IMG/VR virus record: IMGVR_UViG_3300021511_000003
Span: 124,001 to 188,000 of that record
Direction: 5' to 3' (one strand)
Length of the DNA stretch: 64,000 nt
Within the stretch, counting starts at the first letter, position 1; each line of letters starts with the position of its first letter. Below the pieces are notes generated by a model, which searched no databases, was not told the DNA's origin, and saw only the letters and a list, made by a program, of their open reading frames with translations. Below are positions 40,224 to 48,262 of the stretch, one piece after another. A program made the position numbers and the translations under genes.

Positions 40224-40328
40224 TATTTATTATTTGATAAATTATATAATTCTTCCATGATTTTTGGATTATCTATCTATATATTCTTCTGTTGCTTTTA
40301 ACAGTTCCTTTCATTTGAAATTAAATGA

Positions 40329-40961
40329 CTAAGTTTTTGGAGTTAGATAAAAATATTTTCGTTCGTTATTATATTTACCCATGAAATATTGTCTTTCATA
40401 TGTATAATATTTTTTTGTATGTTTTTTCATGTAATTAATTGTATTCATTGAATGAAAAGATATTATTAATATTGGACAATGTTTTGAAAAATCAAATGTA
40501 CTGAGTATTTTATCTTCCCAATTCTCTACATCCATTTTTATTAAATCTGGAAGAGGTAGATTATTTTGTTTAATAAAGTCATAAAGAACAACTGTTTGTA
40601 CTTCACTTTTATATATCCTTGAACGATTATCTGTAGGATATTTTATTGAGTCATCATCCCTTCCTAATAAAAAGTTTTTGTCAAATGATGAACCCCCATC
40701 TTTTACAGGTACATTATATAATGTTAATTTTTCATTTTTATTACTTACGCCAATATTGAAACTATTAATTTTATTTCCAAATTTACTGACTAATAAATTA
40801 TATGGATTTGAAGCAGGATCAAATGCATATATATTGACATTGATTTTTATTAATTGATTGAATAAGTTAATTGTATCTCTATTTGGATATGCACCTAAAT
40901 CATAATAATTTTTATAATTATGAAGTTTACATAACTTAACTATCAACTCTTCTTTTGTCAT
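40329..40961 (-). CDS. FkbM-family methyltransferase
   Basis: YDLGA, IYAFDP, PDLIKMDVE..E. Confidence 0.8.
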   Translation of the reverse strand: MTKEELIVKLCKLHNYKNYYDLGAYPNRDTINLFNQLIKINVNIYAFDPASNPYNLLVSKFGNKINSFNIGVSNKNEKLTLYNVPVKDGGSSFDKNFLLGRDDDSIKYPTDNRSRIYKSEVQTVVLYDFIKQNNLPLPDLIKMDVENWEDKILSTFDFSKHCPILIISFHSMNTINYMKKHTKKYYTYERQYFMGKYNNERKYFYLTPKT

Positions 40962-41060
40962 ATTTTATATGTCCAGATTTTCAATGTTATTTTGTATAAT
41001 GGTTCTCCATTAACTGAAATTGGGATTATTTCTGATATATTCAAATCCTTTATTTTAAAA

Positions 41061-41137
41061 TGGTAGCGACAACTGGAATTGAACCAGTGACCTATGCCTT
41101 ATCAAGACATTGCTCTACCCGACTGAGCTATGCCGCT
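41061..41137 (-). tRNA. tRNA-Ile(GAU)
   Basis: ATGTC TTGATAA GGCAT. Confidence 0.9.
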
Positions 41138-41171
41138 ATTTAATATTTGTTCTAATTATTCTATAATAATG

Positions 41172-41251
41172 TGGCTGACGGGGTGGGAGTCGAACCCACA
41201 TCTTCTTGGTTAACAGCCAAGCGCTTCACTGCCATTCTGAGCTACCCGTCA
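41172..41251 (-). tRNA. tRNA-Asn(GUU)
   Basis: CTTGG CTGTTAA CCAAG; G73. Confidence 0.92.
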
Positions 41252-41440
41252 AAAAACATTAATACCATTATCAATATGTTTTGCTTCAATGACCATTTTG
41301 ATATAATCTTCTTCAGATTTGACTTTCCAATATTTTACAACATATGGAGAATTAAAATATTCAGGATCCGATTCGACTACAATAAAAGGCTTCCAAATTA
41401 TTTGACCATTTGTATGTAAATAATAATAACCTGGTTTCAT
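41249..41440 (-). CDS. Small hypothetical protein
   Basis: AAGGA RBS; MKPGYYYLHTNG..YFNSPYVVKYW. Confidence 0.65.
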   Translation of the reverse strand: MKPGYYYLHTNGQIIWKPFIVVESDPEYFNSPYVVKYWKVKSEEDYIKMVIEAKHIDNGINVF

Positions 41441-41458
41441 AAATATCCTTAAAAATTG

Positions 41459-41535
41459 TGGTAGTCCCGGGAGGACTTGAACCTCTCTTCTTACCGTTAT
41501 AAGCGATGCGCTCTGACCAGTTGAGCTACGGGACC
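41459..41535 (-). tRNA. tRNA-Ile(UAU)
   Basis: ATCG CTTATAA CGGT; A73-CCA. Confidence 0.88.
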
Positions 41536-41554
41536 ATATACATGATTTAATCAT

Positions 41555-41575
41555 CTATATATATTAACTAATGAT
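41555..41575 (+). promoter_or_regulatory. Promoter motif A in antisense orientation inside the tRNA array
   Basis: CTATATATATTAACTAATGAT, 19/21 match to the 16654 copy. Confidence 0.55.
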
Positions 41576-41597
41576 TTATATTAAATCATTTTTAAAT

Positions 41598-41673
41598 TGG
41601 TGGACCGGAAGGGACTCGAACCCTCAACCTTTGCCTTGCAGGGGCATTGCTCACCCAATTGAGCTACCAGCCC
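41598..41673 (-). tRNA. tRNA-Ala(UGC), C33
   Basis: G3:U70 pair; loop CCTGCAA. Confidence 0.88.
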
Positions 41674-41681
41674 ATTATGAA

Positions 41682-41761
41682 TGGCGCCCATGACGGGAAT
41701 TGAACCCGTAAATTAAGGTTGACAACCTTACGTAGTTCGCCTAACCTACTACCACATGGGC
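41682..41761 (-). tRNA. tRNA-Asp(GUC)
   Basis: TAAGG TTGTCAA CCTTA; G73. Confidence 0.88.
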
Positions 41762-42139
41762 ATTAAAATTTTATCTTTCTACTTTTGATCCAGCCTTTTG
41801 CTAACCATGATAAAAGGTCTATTGATAGAATAATTTTATTTTTTTCCTTTAAATAATATTTATATATCTAAAAAGTTTACATTAAAATGAAATATTTTTT
41901 TTCATTGAATAAATTTTTAATTACCTTCATTACAGGCATATTAATTTCCTCTGATTTCTTTTGTTTATAACATTCGACTATTAATCCTTGACTCAATGCA
42001 AATTTTTTTACCTCTTCAACAGTGAATATTTGCTCATAAGCAAAAATATCATTAATATCAAGTAATTTAAAAAAGTCAATATGATTTGTTAGAAATCTAA
42101 AATATCGTATTTTTTCATAATAAATCCTTTTTCAAAAAA

Positions 42140-42213
42140 TGGCAGGTCAGTGGGATTTGAATCCAACTTCTGGGTTTGGAGTCCAGTATTCTTACCGTTA
42201 GAACTACTGACCT
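42140..42213 (-). tRNA. tRNA-Trp(CCA), weak T-stem
   Basis: CTGGA CTCCAAA CCCAG; AGGTCAG/CTGACCT-G-CCA; short variable region and mismatched T stem. Confidence 0.7.
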
Positions 42214-42225
42214 GTAAATATTTTT

Positions 42226-42304
42226 TGGTGACCCCGACGGGACTCGAACCCGTGTATTGAGGGTGAAGGCCTCATATCCTTATGCCTATTAGGACTACGG
42301 GGTC
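42226..42304 (-). tRNA. tRNA-Glu(UUC), C33
   Basis: TGAGG CCTTCAC CCTCA. Confidence 0.88.
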
Positions 42305-42806
42305 ATTGTTTAACTTTTCTACACTTATCACATAATGTTGTAAGCCAACCATCACTATTTAATGTACCAGCTTTACCACATACTTCACATACATATTGAG
42401 ACAATTCTTCAGCATCATTAACAAAATCTTGAATTTTTTCCTCTGTAGATTTCCATATATATTTTCGTTTGAAATGTATGATACTATTATATTGTACACC
42501 TAATTTATGATTATACATGAAGTTTCGAAATTTGTTTGCCAAAGAATCAATATAAGTTGGTTTATATTCAAGATGATAGTAAAAATTTAATACACCAAAT
42601 TTTTCTTTGATTTGGTCAGCAATTATTTTTACTCCTGTTTTGTCAGATATAGTTTGAAGTTCTTGTAATAAATTTTCAAGAATAGCATACCAACCATCAC
42701 CATGACTCATACCCCATGCCATACAAGTATATCGCATATCACCACCATAGTCTTTGAGTATAACTGGGTATTTATTTTTTAGTTTCAATTCAAGTTCTAC
42801 GTTCAT
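42303..42806 (-). CDS. Conserved phage protein with C-terminal Zn ribbon
   Basis: GDGWY, QIKEKFG.L.FY, CEVCG..G......TLC. Confidence 0.75.
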   Translation of the reverse strand: MNVELELKLKNKYPVILKDYGGDMRYTCMAWGMSHGDGWYAILENLLQELQTISDKTGVKIIADQIKEKFGVLNFYYHLEYKPTYIDSLANKFRNFMYNHKLGVQYNSIIHFKRKYIWKSTEEKIQDFVNDAEELSQYVCEVCGKAGTLNSDGWLTTLCDKCRKVKQ

Positions 42807-43066
42807 GTGTATAATTCCTTTATATCAAAATAAACTATTTTCGAAGGTCTTTTTTTAAAGACCACTGGACGAAGATCATCCGGATGCCATAAATAAGTTT
42901 TTATTATTGCAGCACGGACATAATTTTCGGTTGTAATCTTGTCTATTTGATAAGGATGACCAGCCATTTTGCGCATAACAGAATTAACACCAAATAATTC
43001 TTTAGTAGTTTCTATATCCTCGTTTATAACAACTGTCATACCAACTTTCATTATATCTGGATGCAT
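42803..43066 (-). CDS. Hypothetical protein
   Basis: AAGGA RBS before ATG 43066. Confidence 0.6.
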   Translation of the reverse strand: MHPDIMKVGMTVVINEDIETTKELFGVNSVMRKMAGHPYQIDKITTENYVRAAIIKTYLWHPDDLRPVVFKKRPSKIVYFDIKELYT

Positions 43067-43084
43067 TTTTAAAATCCTTTTTAT

Positions 43085-43470
43085 TGGTGGACCAGCTGGG
43101 AGTCGAACCCAGTTCCGCAAAAATTCAAATTAAGTATCTACACTCATAGTCAACTTTTAGATTTAGTTACCCCCACGTTCAAACACGGAGTTGACATAAC
43201 AACGGAGCCAACGGTGTACATTTGCTGGTAAGTTTGAAAATAAGAATGCCAGTTTGCAGTACCATTGCCCATTCTTATTTCGATCTCTTTACGTCGATGC
43301 CCCATCCCAATTCAAGAGAATAATTGGGTGGAACAGATTAAGCAGCTTTTGCGAAATCGGTGTAATAATCGTCTGCAATTATTGTTAGTGATAATGTTTT
43401 TACGGAGTAACATATCATTCTCCGGAGTGCAACTTTTTTTTCTTTTCCACGTCGAAACCTTTTCTGGCCC
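43085..43470 (-). ncRNA. ssrA: tmRNA, tag peptide ADDYYTDFAKAA
   Basis: 5' GGGCCAGAAAAGGTTTCGAC, 3' CTGGGTTCGACTCCCAGCTGGTCCACCA with G3:U70; tag frame 43376-43338 ends AA-stop. Confidence 0.95.
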
Positions 43471-43478
43471 ATATAAAT

Positions 43479-44036
43479 TTATAAGTTCAATAATATATTT
43501 TTAATAAAGTTTCCATCAGATCCTTTAAATCGTTTCATGATTGGACCCATTGCTTGCATTTTATTCTTGAATCTACTCATATCAAGCCCTTTTATATATC
43601 TAATAATTTCTTCTTTATTTACTTGAGCAGGAAGATATTTTTTAGCGATTTTAATATTATGTGATATTAATTTATCGTCCAACTTTTGAATTTTATCTTT
43701 GACTATTTTTTTAACTTCTGCTGGAGTCTTACCAGATACATCAGCTTCTTTTAAAAATTTTAGCTCATACAATCTTCTTTCTTTTTCTTGATTTATATAT
43801 TTTTTCAATAACTTGATGATATCATCATCGGTAATATCTTTTGATTTTTTTCCAGTTTCAGGGAACATACTTATAATTGCTCTTGAAACTGTTTTTTGTG
43901 CAATCATAATGTTATATGCTGTTTTAGTTTCTTTACTGTTAGCCAAAAATACAATAACTCCTTTCTTTCTATATTTTATTTCAATTTCCATTGCGTATTT
44001 CAGATCAGCTCTTATTCTTTTTAATATTTTACTCAT
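43479..44036 (-). CDS. GatB/YqeY domain protein
   Basis: DLKYAM, DDDIIKLLKK, YLPAQ, MQAMGPIMK...DG. Confidence 0.8.
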   Translation of the reverse strand: MSKILKRIRADLKYAMEIEIKYRKKGVIVFLANSKETKTAYNIMIAQKTVSRAIISMFPETGKKSKDITDDDIIKLLKKYINQEKERRLYELKFLKEADVSGKTPAEVKKIVKDKIQKLDDKLISHNIKIAKKYLPAQVNKEEIIRYIKGLDMSRFKNKMQAMGPIMKRFKGSDGNFIKNILLNL

Positions 44037-44061
44037 TATTTTATCCCATTTATTTTCTGTA

Positions 44062-44133
44062 TGGCCCAGGTGGGGATCGAACCCACGAATGAGGGTTTTA
44101 GAGACCCCTGCTCTACCACTAAGCTACTGGGCC
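44062..44133 (-). tRNA. Amber suppressor tRNA (anticodon CUA), CCA not encoded
   Basis: GGCCCAG TA GCTT AGTGGTA GAGC A GGGGT CTCTAAA ACCCT CATTC GTGGG TTCGATC CCCAC CTGGGCC A. Confidence 0.9.
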
Positions 44134-44138
44134 TCTAA

Positions 44139-44462
44139 TTATAGTAGAAGACTCTTAAGATTATAACTATACATACAGTATGTATATACTAATATAACTA
44201 ATGAAAAACATTTAACTAAAAGAGTTGATTCCCTTTTAGTTAATTGTTTTTTTATTCCTTTGATTGTCAAATATAAAATTAATAATAGAAATGGTATTTT
44301 TGTTAATAACATTGTTGTTTGAATGCCAATAATTCCCATAAGGTAATTAATAATGGGGTTCATTTCTATAGCATCTTTGTCTAAAATAATTATAGTTGAT
44401 ATATAATCAAAAATATTTATGAGCCAGATAAATACACAACTGATAATTAAAAATTTATTCAT
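44139..44462 (-). CDS. Small membrane protein (DUF5658-like)
   Basis: NIFDYIST...EMNP; three hydrophobic segments; overlaps upstream stop. Confidence 0.7.
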   Translation of the reverse strand: MNKFLIISCVFIWLINIFDYISTIIILDKDAIEMNPIINYLMGIIGIQTTMLLTKIPFLLLILYLTIKGIKKQLTKRESTLLVKCFSLVILVYTYCMYSYNLKSLLL

Positions 44463-44749
44463 AATAAATTTAACCTTTCTGTAAACTTGCTATTCATATC
44501 AGTTGCTATTGCAGTTGTTTCATTATTCATATCTGGTTCTTTGAACTCAGTGTATGGAATTCCTTCTCTTTTAAATTTTATTTTTAAACTCTCTAACTGG
44601 TTCAAACCCTTAACACCCAAGTATATTAAGGTACCATTGTTCCAGCGAGAGAGAGGGCTGTGAAGCATATAGTCAGCAACCGCATGACCTGCTTGCACAG
44701 CCCTTTGAGATATTGAAATATCTTTACGCACAATTACGTAGAGCTTCAT
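44459..44749 (-). CDS. Pth2-like peptidyl-tRNA hydrolase (short phage type)
   Basis: KLYVIVRKD....QRAVQAGHA, F.EPD..NETTAIA, L.LL; start at ATG 44749. Confidence 0.8.
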   Translation of the reverse strand: MKLYVIVRKDISISQRAVQAGHAVADYMLHSPLSRWNNGTLIYLGVKGLNQLESLKIKFKREGIPYTEFKEPDMNNETTAIATDMNSKFTERLNLL

Positions 44750-45017
44750 CAATCTTACCTTCCCATGATAACATGTAATTTTCAATGACATGTTTACTTG
44801 GCTTGTCATTACATGAAATTTCAATCATATTATATGGAGTTCGATTAAATAATTGACAATAAGCTATATGTTTATGTCTATAGGTCCAACGATTTTCATC
44901 CAACCCATGAACAAAACCAAAAACTTTATCTTTTCTTGTCTTTTTCTGCTCTTTGATCTTTTGTGCTAAAGATTTTTGCTCTTCTTTTATCTTATTTTTT
45001 AATTCCTTGAATGTCAT
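44724..45017 (-). CDS. Hypothetical protein, first gene of the gated operon
   Basis: AGGAG RBS; YRHKHIAYC....TPY..IE; overlaps Pth2-like start. Confidence 0.75.
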   Translation of the reverse strand: MTFKELKNKIKEEQKSLAQKIKEQKKTRKDKVFGFVHGLDENRWTYRHKHIAYCQLFNRTPYNMIEISCNDKPSKHVIENYMLSWEGKIDEALRNCA

Positions 45018-45020
45018 GGT

Positions 45021-45088
45021 AATCTCCTTTTTATTTCAGTTTAATTAATACAAAATACAATGTTTTACATTATAACTGAAATAGGAGG
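45021..45088 (-). promoter_or_regulatory. SD-sequestering hairpin
   Basis: CTCC-TATTTCAGTT pairs with AACTGAAATA-AAAA-GGAG (SD of 45017); inner ATAATGT/ACATTGT stem. Confidence 0.75.
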
Positions 45089-45265
45089 TCCACGACATAT
45101 CTATGGAAATTGTGACTGTGCTAACTAGTCATCAGTCCACTCAAAGTGGCATTCTGACTCGCAACACTTATTTGCACCGTGAGATTTATTAATCTCTTCG
45201 GCGTCTTTGGCTTCATCTATTCGATGATCGCCAGAAATACCTTTATCCTCTGATTTTCTTTCCAT
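45065..45265 (-). CDS. Leader ORF with two in-frame UAG codons and RGPP motif
   Basis: AAGGAG RBS; MERKSEDKGISGDHRIDEAKDAEEINKSHGANKCCESECHFEWTDD-TAG-LAQSQFP-TAG-ICRGPPISVIM-TAA. Confidence 0.7.
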
Positions 45266-45300
45266 TATATTTTACTCCTTTGTTAACGTAATACTTCAAC

Positions 45301-45316
45301 ATTTATATTATGTTCT
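45301..45316 (-). promoter_or_regulatory. Promoter motif B driving the leader operon
   Basis: AGAACATAATATAAAT ~36 nt upstream of leader ATG. Confidence 0.6.
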
Positions 45317-45361
45317 GATAAATGTTGTATAATAGTTTGAGAAATTGATATGGAGTGAAAA

Positions 45362-45448
45362 TGGTGGGGGGTGGAGGAGTTGAACCACTTGCCACCGCCT
45401 AACATATTTTGGCAACGATTTTACAGACCGCAGTTAGGAACACCCCCC
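45362..45448 (-). tRNA. Non-canonical tRNA-Tyr(GUA): no D-arm, giant variable arm
   Basis: GGGGGGTG TT CCTAAC T GCGGT CTGTAAA ATCGT TGCCA AAATAT GTTAGG CGG TGGCA A GTGG TTCAACT CCTC CACCCCCC A CCA. Confidence 0.75.
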
Positions 45449-45657
45449 ATTATTTTAAGTCTTTACGTTTCCTCTCGATTACATATTCAATAACTTCTCC
45501 AAACTTATCAAATTCGATACATTTGAATTTTGTTCTTATATAAAAATAAAATAACCCAAATCTTTTTTTAACTCTATATTTACCCTTACCGTAATTAATT
45601 ATACGATAAGTTCTATTTGTATTTTTAACATGTGCTTTCCCATGATTTTATTCCTCC

Positions 45658-45876
45658 TTAACCTAGTTTTCTTCTAAAATCTTTATGATATATATAGTTA
45701 CATCCCATACGAATGCACCATTTTGTAGCTTGATTATTAAGATATAAAAGACCACAATATTGACAATATAACCATGGGGTATTCTTTAATTTAATCGGTT
45801 TATGCCGTTCATATGAATAAGTAAGAGAGGTGTCTTTAATATTGTCTACTGTAATCCACATTCCTTTTTTAGACAT
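45658..45876 (-). CDS. Small Zn-ribbon protein
   Basis: H......W.YC.YCGL.YL.N..T..CIRMGC. Confidence 0.65.
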   Translation of the reverse strand: MSKKGMWITVDNIKDTSLTYSYERHKPIKLKNTPWLYCQYCGLLYLNNQATKWCIRMGCNYIYHKDFRRKLG

Positions 45877-45971
45877 ATTATGCCTTTCAAAAATGATAAT
45901 GTACAAGTGCTGAGCTTAATCTCAGTTTCGTTACCATCAGGAGTTACCCATCACATGGCACTTGTACGTAT

Positions 45972-46049
45972 TGGTAGACGTGGTAGGACTCGAACCTACA
46001 TATACCATCTTGTAAGAATGGCGGCTAACCAATTCGCCTTCACACGTCC
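45972..46049 (-). tRNA. tRNA-Val(UAC)
   Basis: CCATT CTTACAA GATGG. Confidence 0.9.
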
Positions 46050-46376
46050 TTATAATTCATCTGTTAAAATTACAAAAGTTATAGAGCCACCTAAAAAAAT
46101 TGTTACACCTTGTAACCATCCAACTGATATAAGAAATATACAAAATAAAGCTAATTCCTGCCAAAATCCAAATGGGTCGATCATTAATCTTACTAATAAA
46201 TATAACCATAAAGGAATTAAAGCAATGATCCAGATGATTGTAATTATAACAAATTTTGCGATAATATTTAAATTTATAATTTTTTTTAATTTCTCTTTAA
46301 TTGAATCATTTATTGTCAATATTGTTTTATTTTTTTTTATATTCATTATCTTTCCCTTTGGTTTCATTATTACCAA
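46050..46376 (-). CDS. Small membrane protein
   Basis: TM segments flanking P.GFWQ. Confidence 0.6.
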   Translation of the reverse strand: MVIMKPKGKIMNIKKNKTILTINDSIKEKLKKIINLNIIAKFVIITIIWIIALIPLWLYLLVRLMIDPFGFWQELALFCIFLISVGWLQGVTIFLGGSITFVILTDEL

Positions 46377-46450
46377 AAACTTTTGTATAATTATCTCGAT
46401 AGTTTTTATTTGTTGCCTTATGGGAAGAGTTCATCATGTTTTTACTCATA

Positions 46451-46651
46451 TTAATCCTTTATATATCCATATTCTAAATCTTTTGGTGGTTCTTCTCCAA
46501 GACTAATCTTTAATTTTTCAAGGGCGATTTTAGCTTCTTCGGGCATTTGAAATCCACCAATTTTTGATCCTTGTCCTTCTGCGTGCCATCTCGGATCATT
46601 TTCTGAATATAACCACCAACTTCCTGTTGTACTTTTGCTATAGAAGCCCAT
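46451..46651 (-). CDS. Hypothetical protein
   Basis: AAGGAG RBS; WWLYS..DPRW...PPKDLEYGYIKD. Confidence 0.65.
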   Translation of the reverse strand: MGFYSKSTTGSWWLYSENDPRWHAEGQGSKIGGFQMPEEAKIALEKLKISLGEEPPKDLEYGYIKD

Positions 46652-46953
46652 GAATCATCTCCTTCCATTGGTAACCATTGATAATCGTCTTTTTGTAAAG
46701 TCATTCCACTCCAATATGAATAAAGTTTTGCATCAATAATGGGTTTGATGTAATTGAATAACTTGCTAGGTATTCCTTCATCTTTTGATACACTGGTAAA
46801 TCCAGTACAACCTGATTCCTTCTTAAATTTACAACGAAAAAGTTTAGTTGTTGGAAGACTATGAGTGGTGTCAACATCATCAACGTAAAGCATCCCACTA
46901 CATACTTTTAAAAAAGGACTAATATGGTCGAATTTAAATGTAATTCTAATCAT
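46510..46953 (-). CDS. Hypothetical protein (long overlap with next gene; 3' end uncertain)
   Basis: 147 aa ORF on island strand. Confidence 0.45.
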   Translation of the reverse strand: MIRITFKFDHISPFLKVCSGMLYVDDVDTTHSLPTTKLFRCKFKKESGCTGFTSVSKDEGIPSKLFNYIKPIIDAKLYSYWSGMTLQKDDYQWLPMEGDDSWASIAKVQQEVGGYIQKMIRDGTQKDKDQKLVDFKCPKKLKSPLKN

Positions 46954-47272
46954 ACTATATAATTCTTTTTTTTATGTATTAACTATTTATTTTTCTTTTT
47001 CTTTTGTTCTTTCCATTCTTGTTTGGAACAAAATTTATACCCGTCAGAATCAACTAAATTATGTGCTAGATCATTATTTACACGACGAATCTTTCCATTT
47101 TTTTTAATACACTTCATCAAGATTTCCTTTTTTTAGAATTTTATTTACGATTATTTTTAATTCAGGTCTTTTATTTTTGATTTAATTTAAGTAATTATCA
47201 GATTTTTCTTTAAGAAGAAATTCTATTCTTCTTTCTTGTGCTTTAGAACTAAACATAATAACCTTTTTTATA

Positions 47273-47360
47273 TGGCGGAGGGAGTAGGATTCGAACCCAC
47301 GGAGCTTTGACACCCAACGATTTTCAAGACCGCCGCCTTAAACCACTCAGCCATCCCTCC
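47273..47360 (-). tRNA. tRNA-Ser(UGA)
   Basis: GCGGT CTTGAAA ATCGT, long variable arm, G73. Confidence 0.92.
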
Positions 47361-47370
47361 ATAATTATTA

Positions 47371-47673
47371 TTATCCTATACCAAAACAACACACATTATT
47401 AAATCGTGATGGTTTCTCAATGAGTAAATCATACAATTCAGTTTGTGGATTCCATTTATACCATTTCTCCATTCTTGGGAAAAAATATATTCCAGGTTTA
47501 ACTTCCTCAATTACACAGTATGAATAATAACCCTCTTCAGATATATCTAAACTGTTATTTATTACTTCATCTTCTGCAATTTTGAGATTGAAAAAGAATC
47601 CAACACATCTAGAAAATTTATGTGGTATGCGTGGAATAGTTGTTATAGTATAAATAACTTCATTTTTCAACAT
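47371..47673 (-). CDS. Hypothetical protein
   Basis: AAGGAG RBS; RCVGFF..DISE..Y.YCVIEE..GI..C-terminal FGIG. Confidence 0.72.
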   Translation of the reverse strand: MLKNEVIYTITTIPRIPHKFSRCVGFFFNLKIAEDEVINNSLDISEEGYYSYCVIEEVKPGIYFFPRMEKWYKWNPQTELYDLLIEKPSRFNNVCCFGIG

Positions 47674-47692
47674 ACAGTACTCCTTTTAAAAA

Positions 47693-47778
47693 TGGCGGTG
47701 AGGACAGGAGTTGAACCTGCATGACTGTTACATCGACTGATTAGCAATCAGCTGCTTTACCATTCAGCACACCTCACC
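47693..47778 (-). tRNA. tRNA-Ser(GCU)
   Basis: GCTGA TTGCTAA TCAGT, long variable arm, G73. Confidence 0.92.
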
Positions 47779-48124
47779 GTTTGTTTTTAATATATTCTTT
47801 TCCTTCTATGAGAGCTTCTATAAAACCATCAATGTTACTTTCTTTTTGTAAAATGAAAGTTTCTTCAAGTTCAACATAACCTGTGAATAACATTATAAAT
47901 GAGCATTTTATTCGTTTCCACATACCTTGAAGCCAATTAAGTTCACCCCAATGAGAAGCCCATGCAATTGTTTTATGAAAGTTTAAGAAAATTATTCCTG
48001 GAATTTCTTTATCAATTTCAAACTCAATAACAACATCATGCTCATTGGAACCACAATCACATTCGACACGATAATATATAGAATCCTCAAAACTATGTGT
48101 TTTCATTACATTTTTACTAATCAT
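47774..48124 (-). CDS. Hypothetical protein
   Basis: AAGGA RBS; CDCG...H, RIK....LF.G. Confidence 0.7.
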   Translation of the reverse strand: MISKNVMKTHSFEDSIYYRVECDCGSNEHDVVIEFEIDKEIPGIIFLNFHKTIAWASHWGELNWLQGMWKRIKCSFIMLFTGYVELEETFILQKESNIDGFIEALIEGKEYIKNKR

Positions 48125-48262
48125 TATTTTTCCTTTTAAAGTATGCCCAACCTACCCTAATTGTATCAGTGGATATTCTTATAGAAAATTTTCCACTAAA
48201 ACCAACTCCCAAGGATTTCAATATCGGAAGTCTTTCATTACTCAACGATAGTAAAATATTAT

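Noticed and set aside
44062-44133. Pyrrolysine tRNA
   Set aside because: It has a canonical D loop with GG, a TTCGA T loop and a 5-bp anticodon stem; no pyl genes are seen.
47273-47360. Opal suppressor or selenocysteine tRNA
   Set aside because: Anticodon UGA reads UCA (Ser); a suppressor would need UCA. Likewise Leu(UAG) and Leu(UAA) are ordinary tRNAs.
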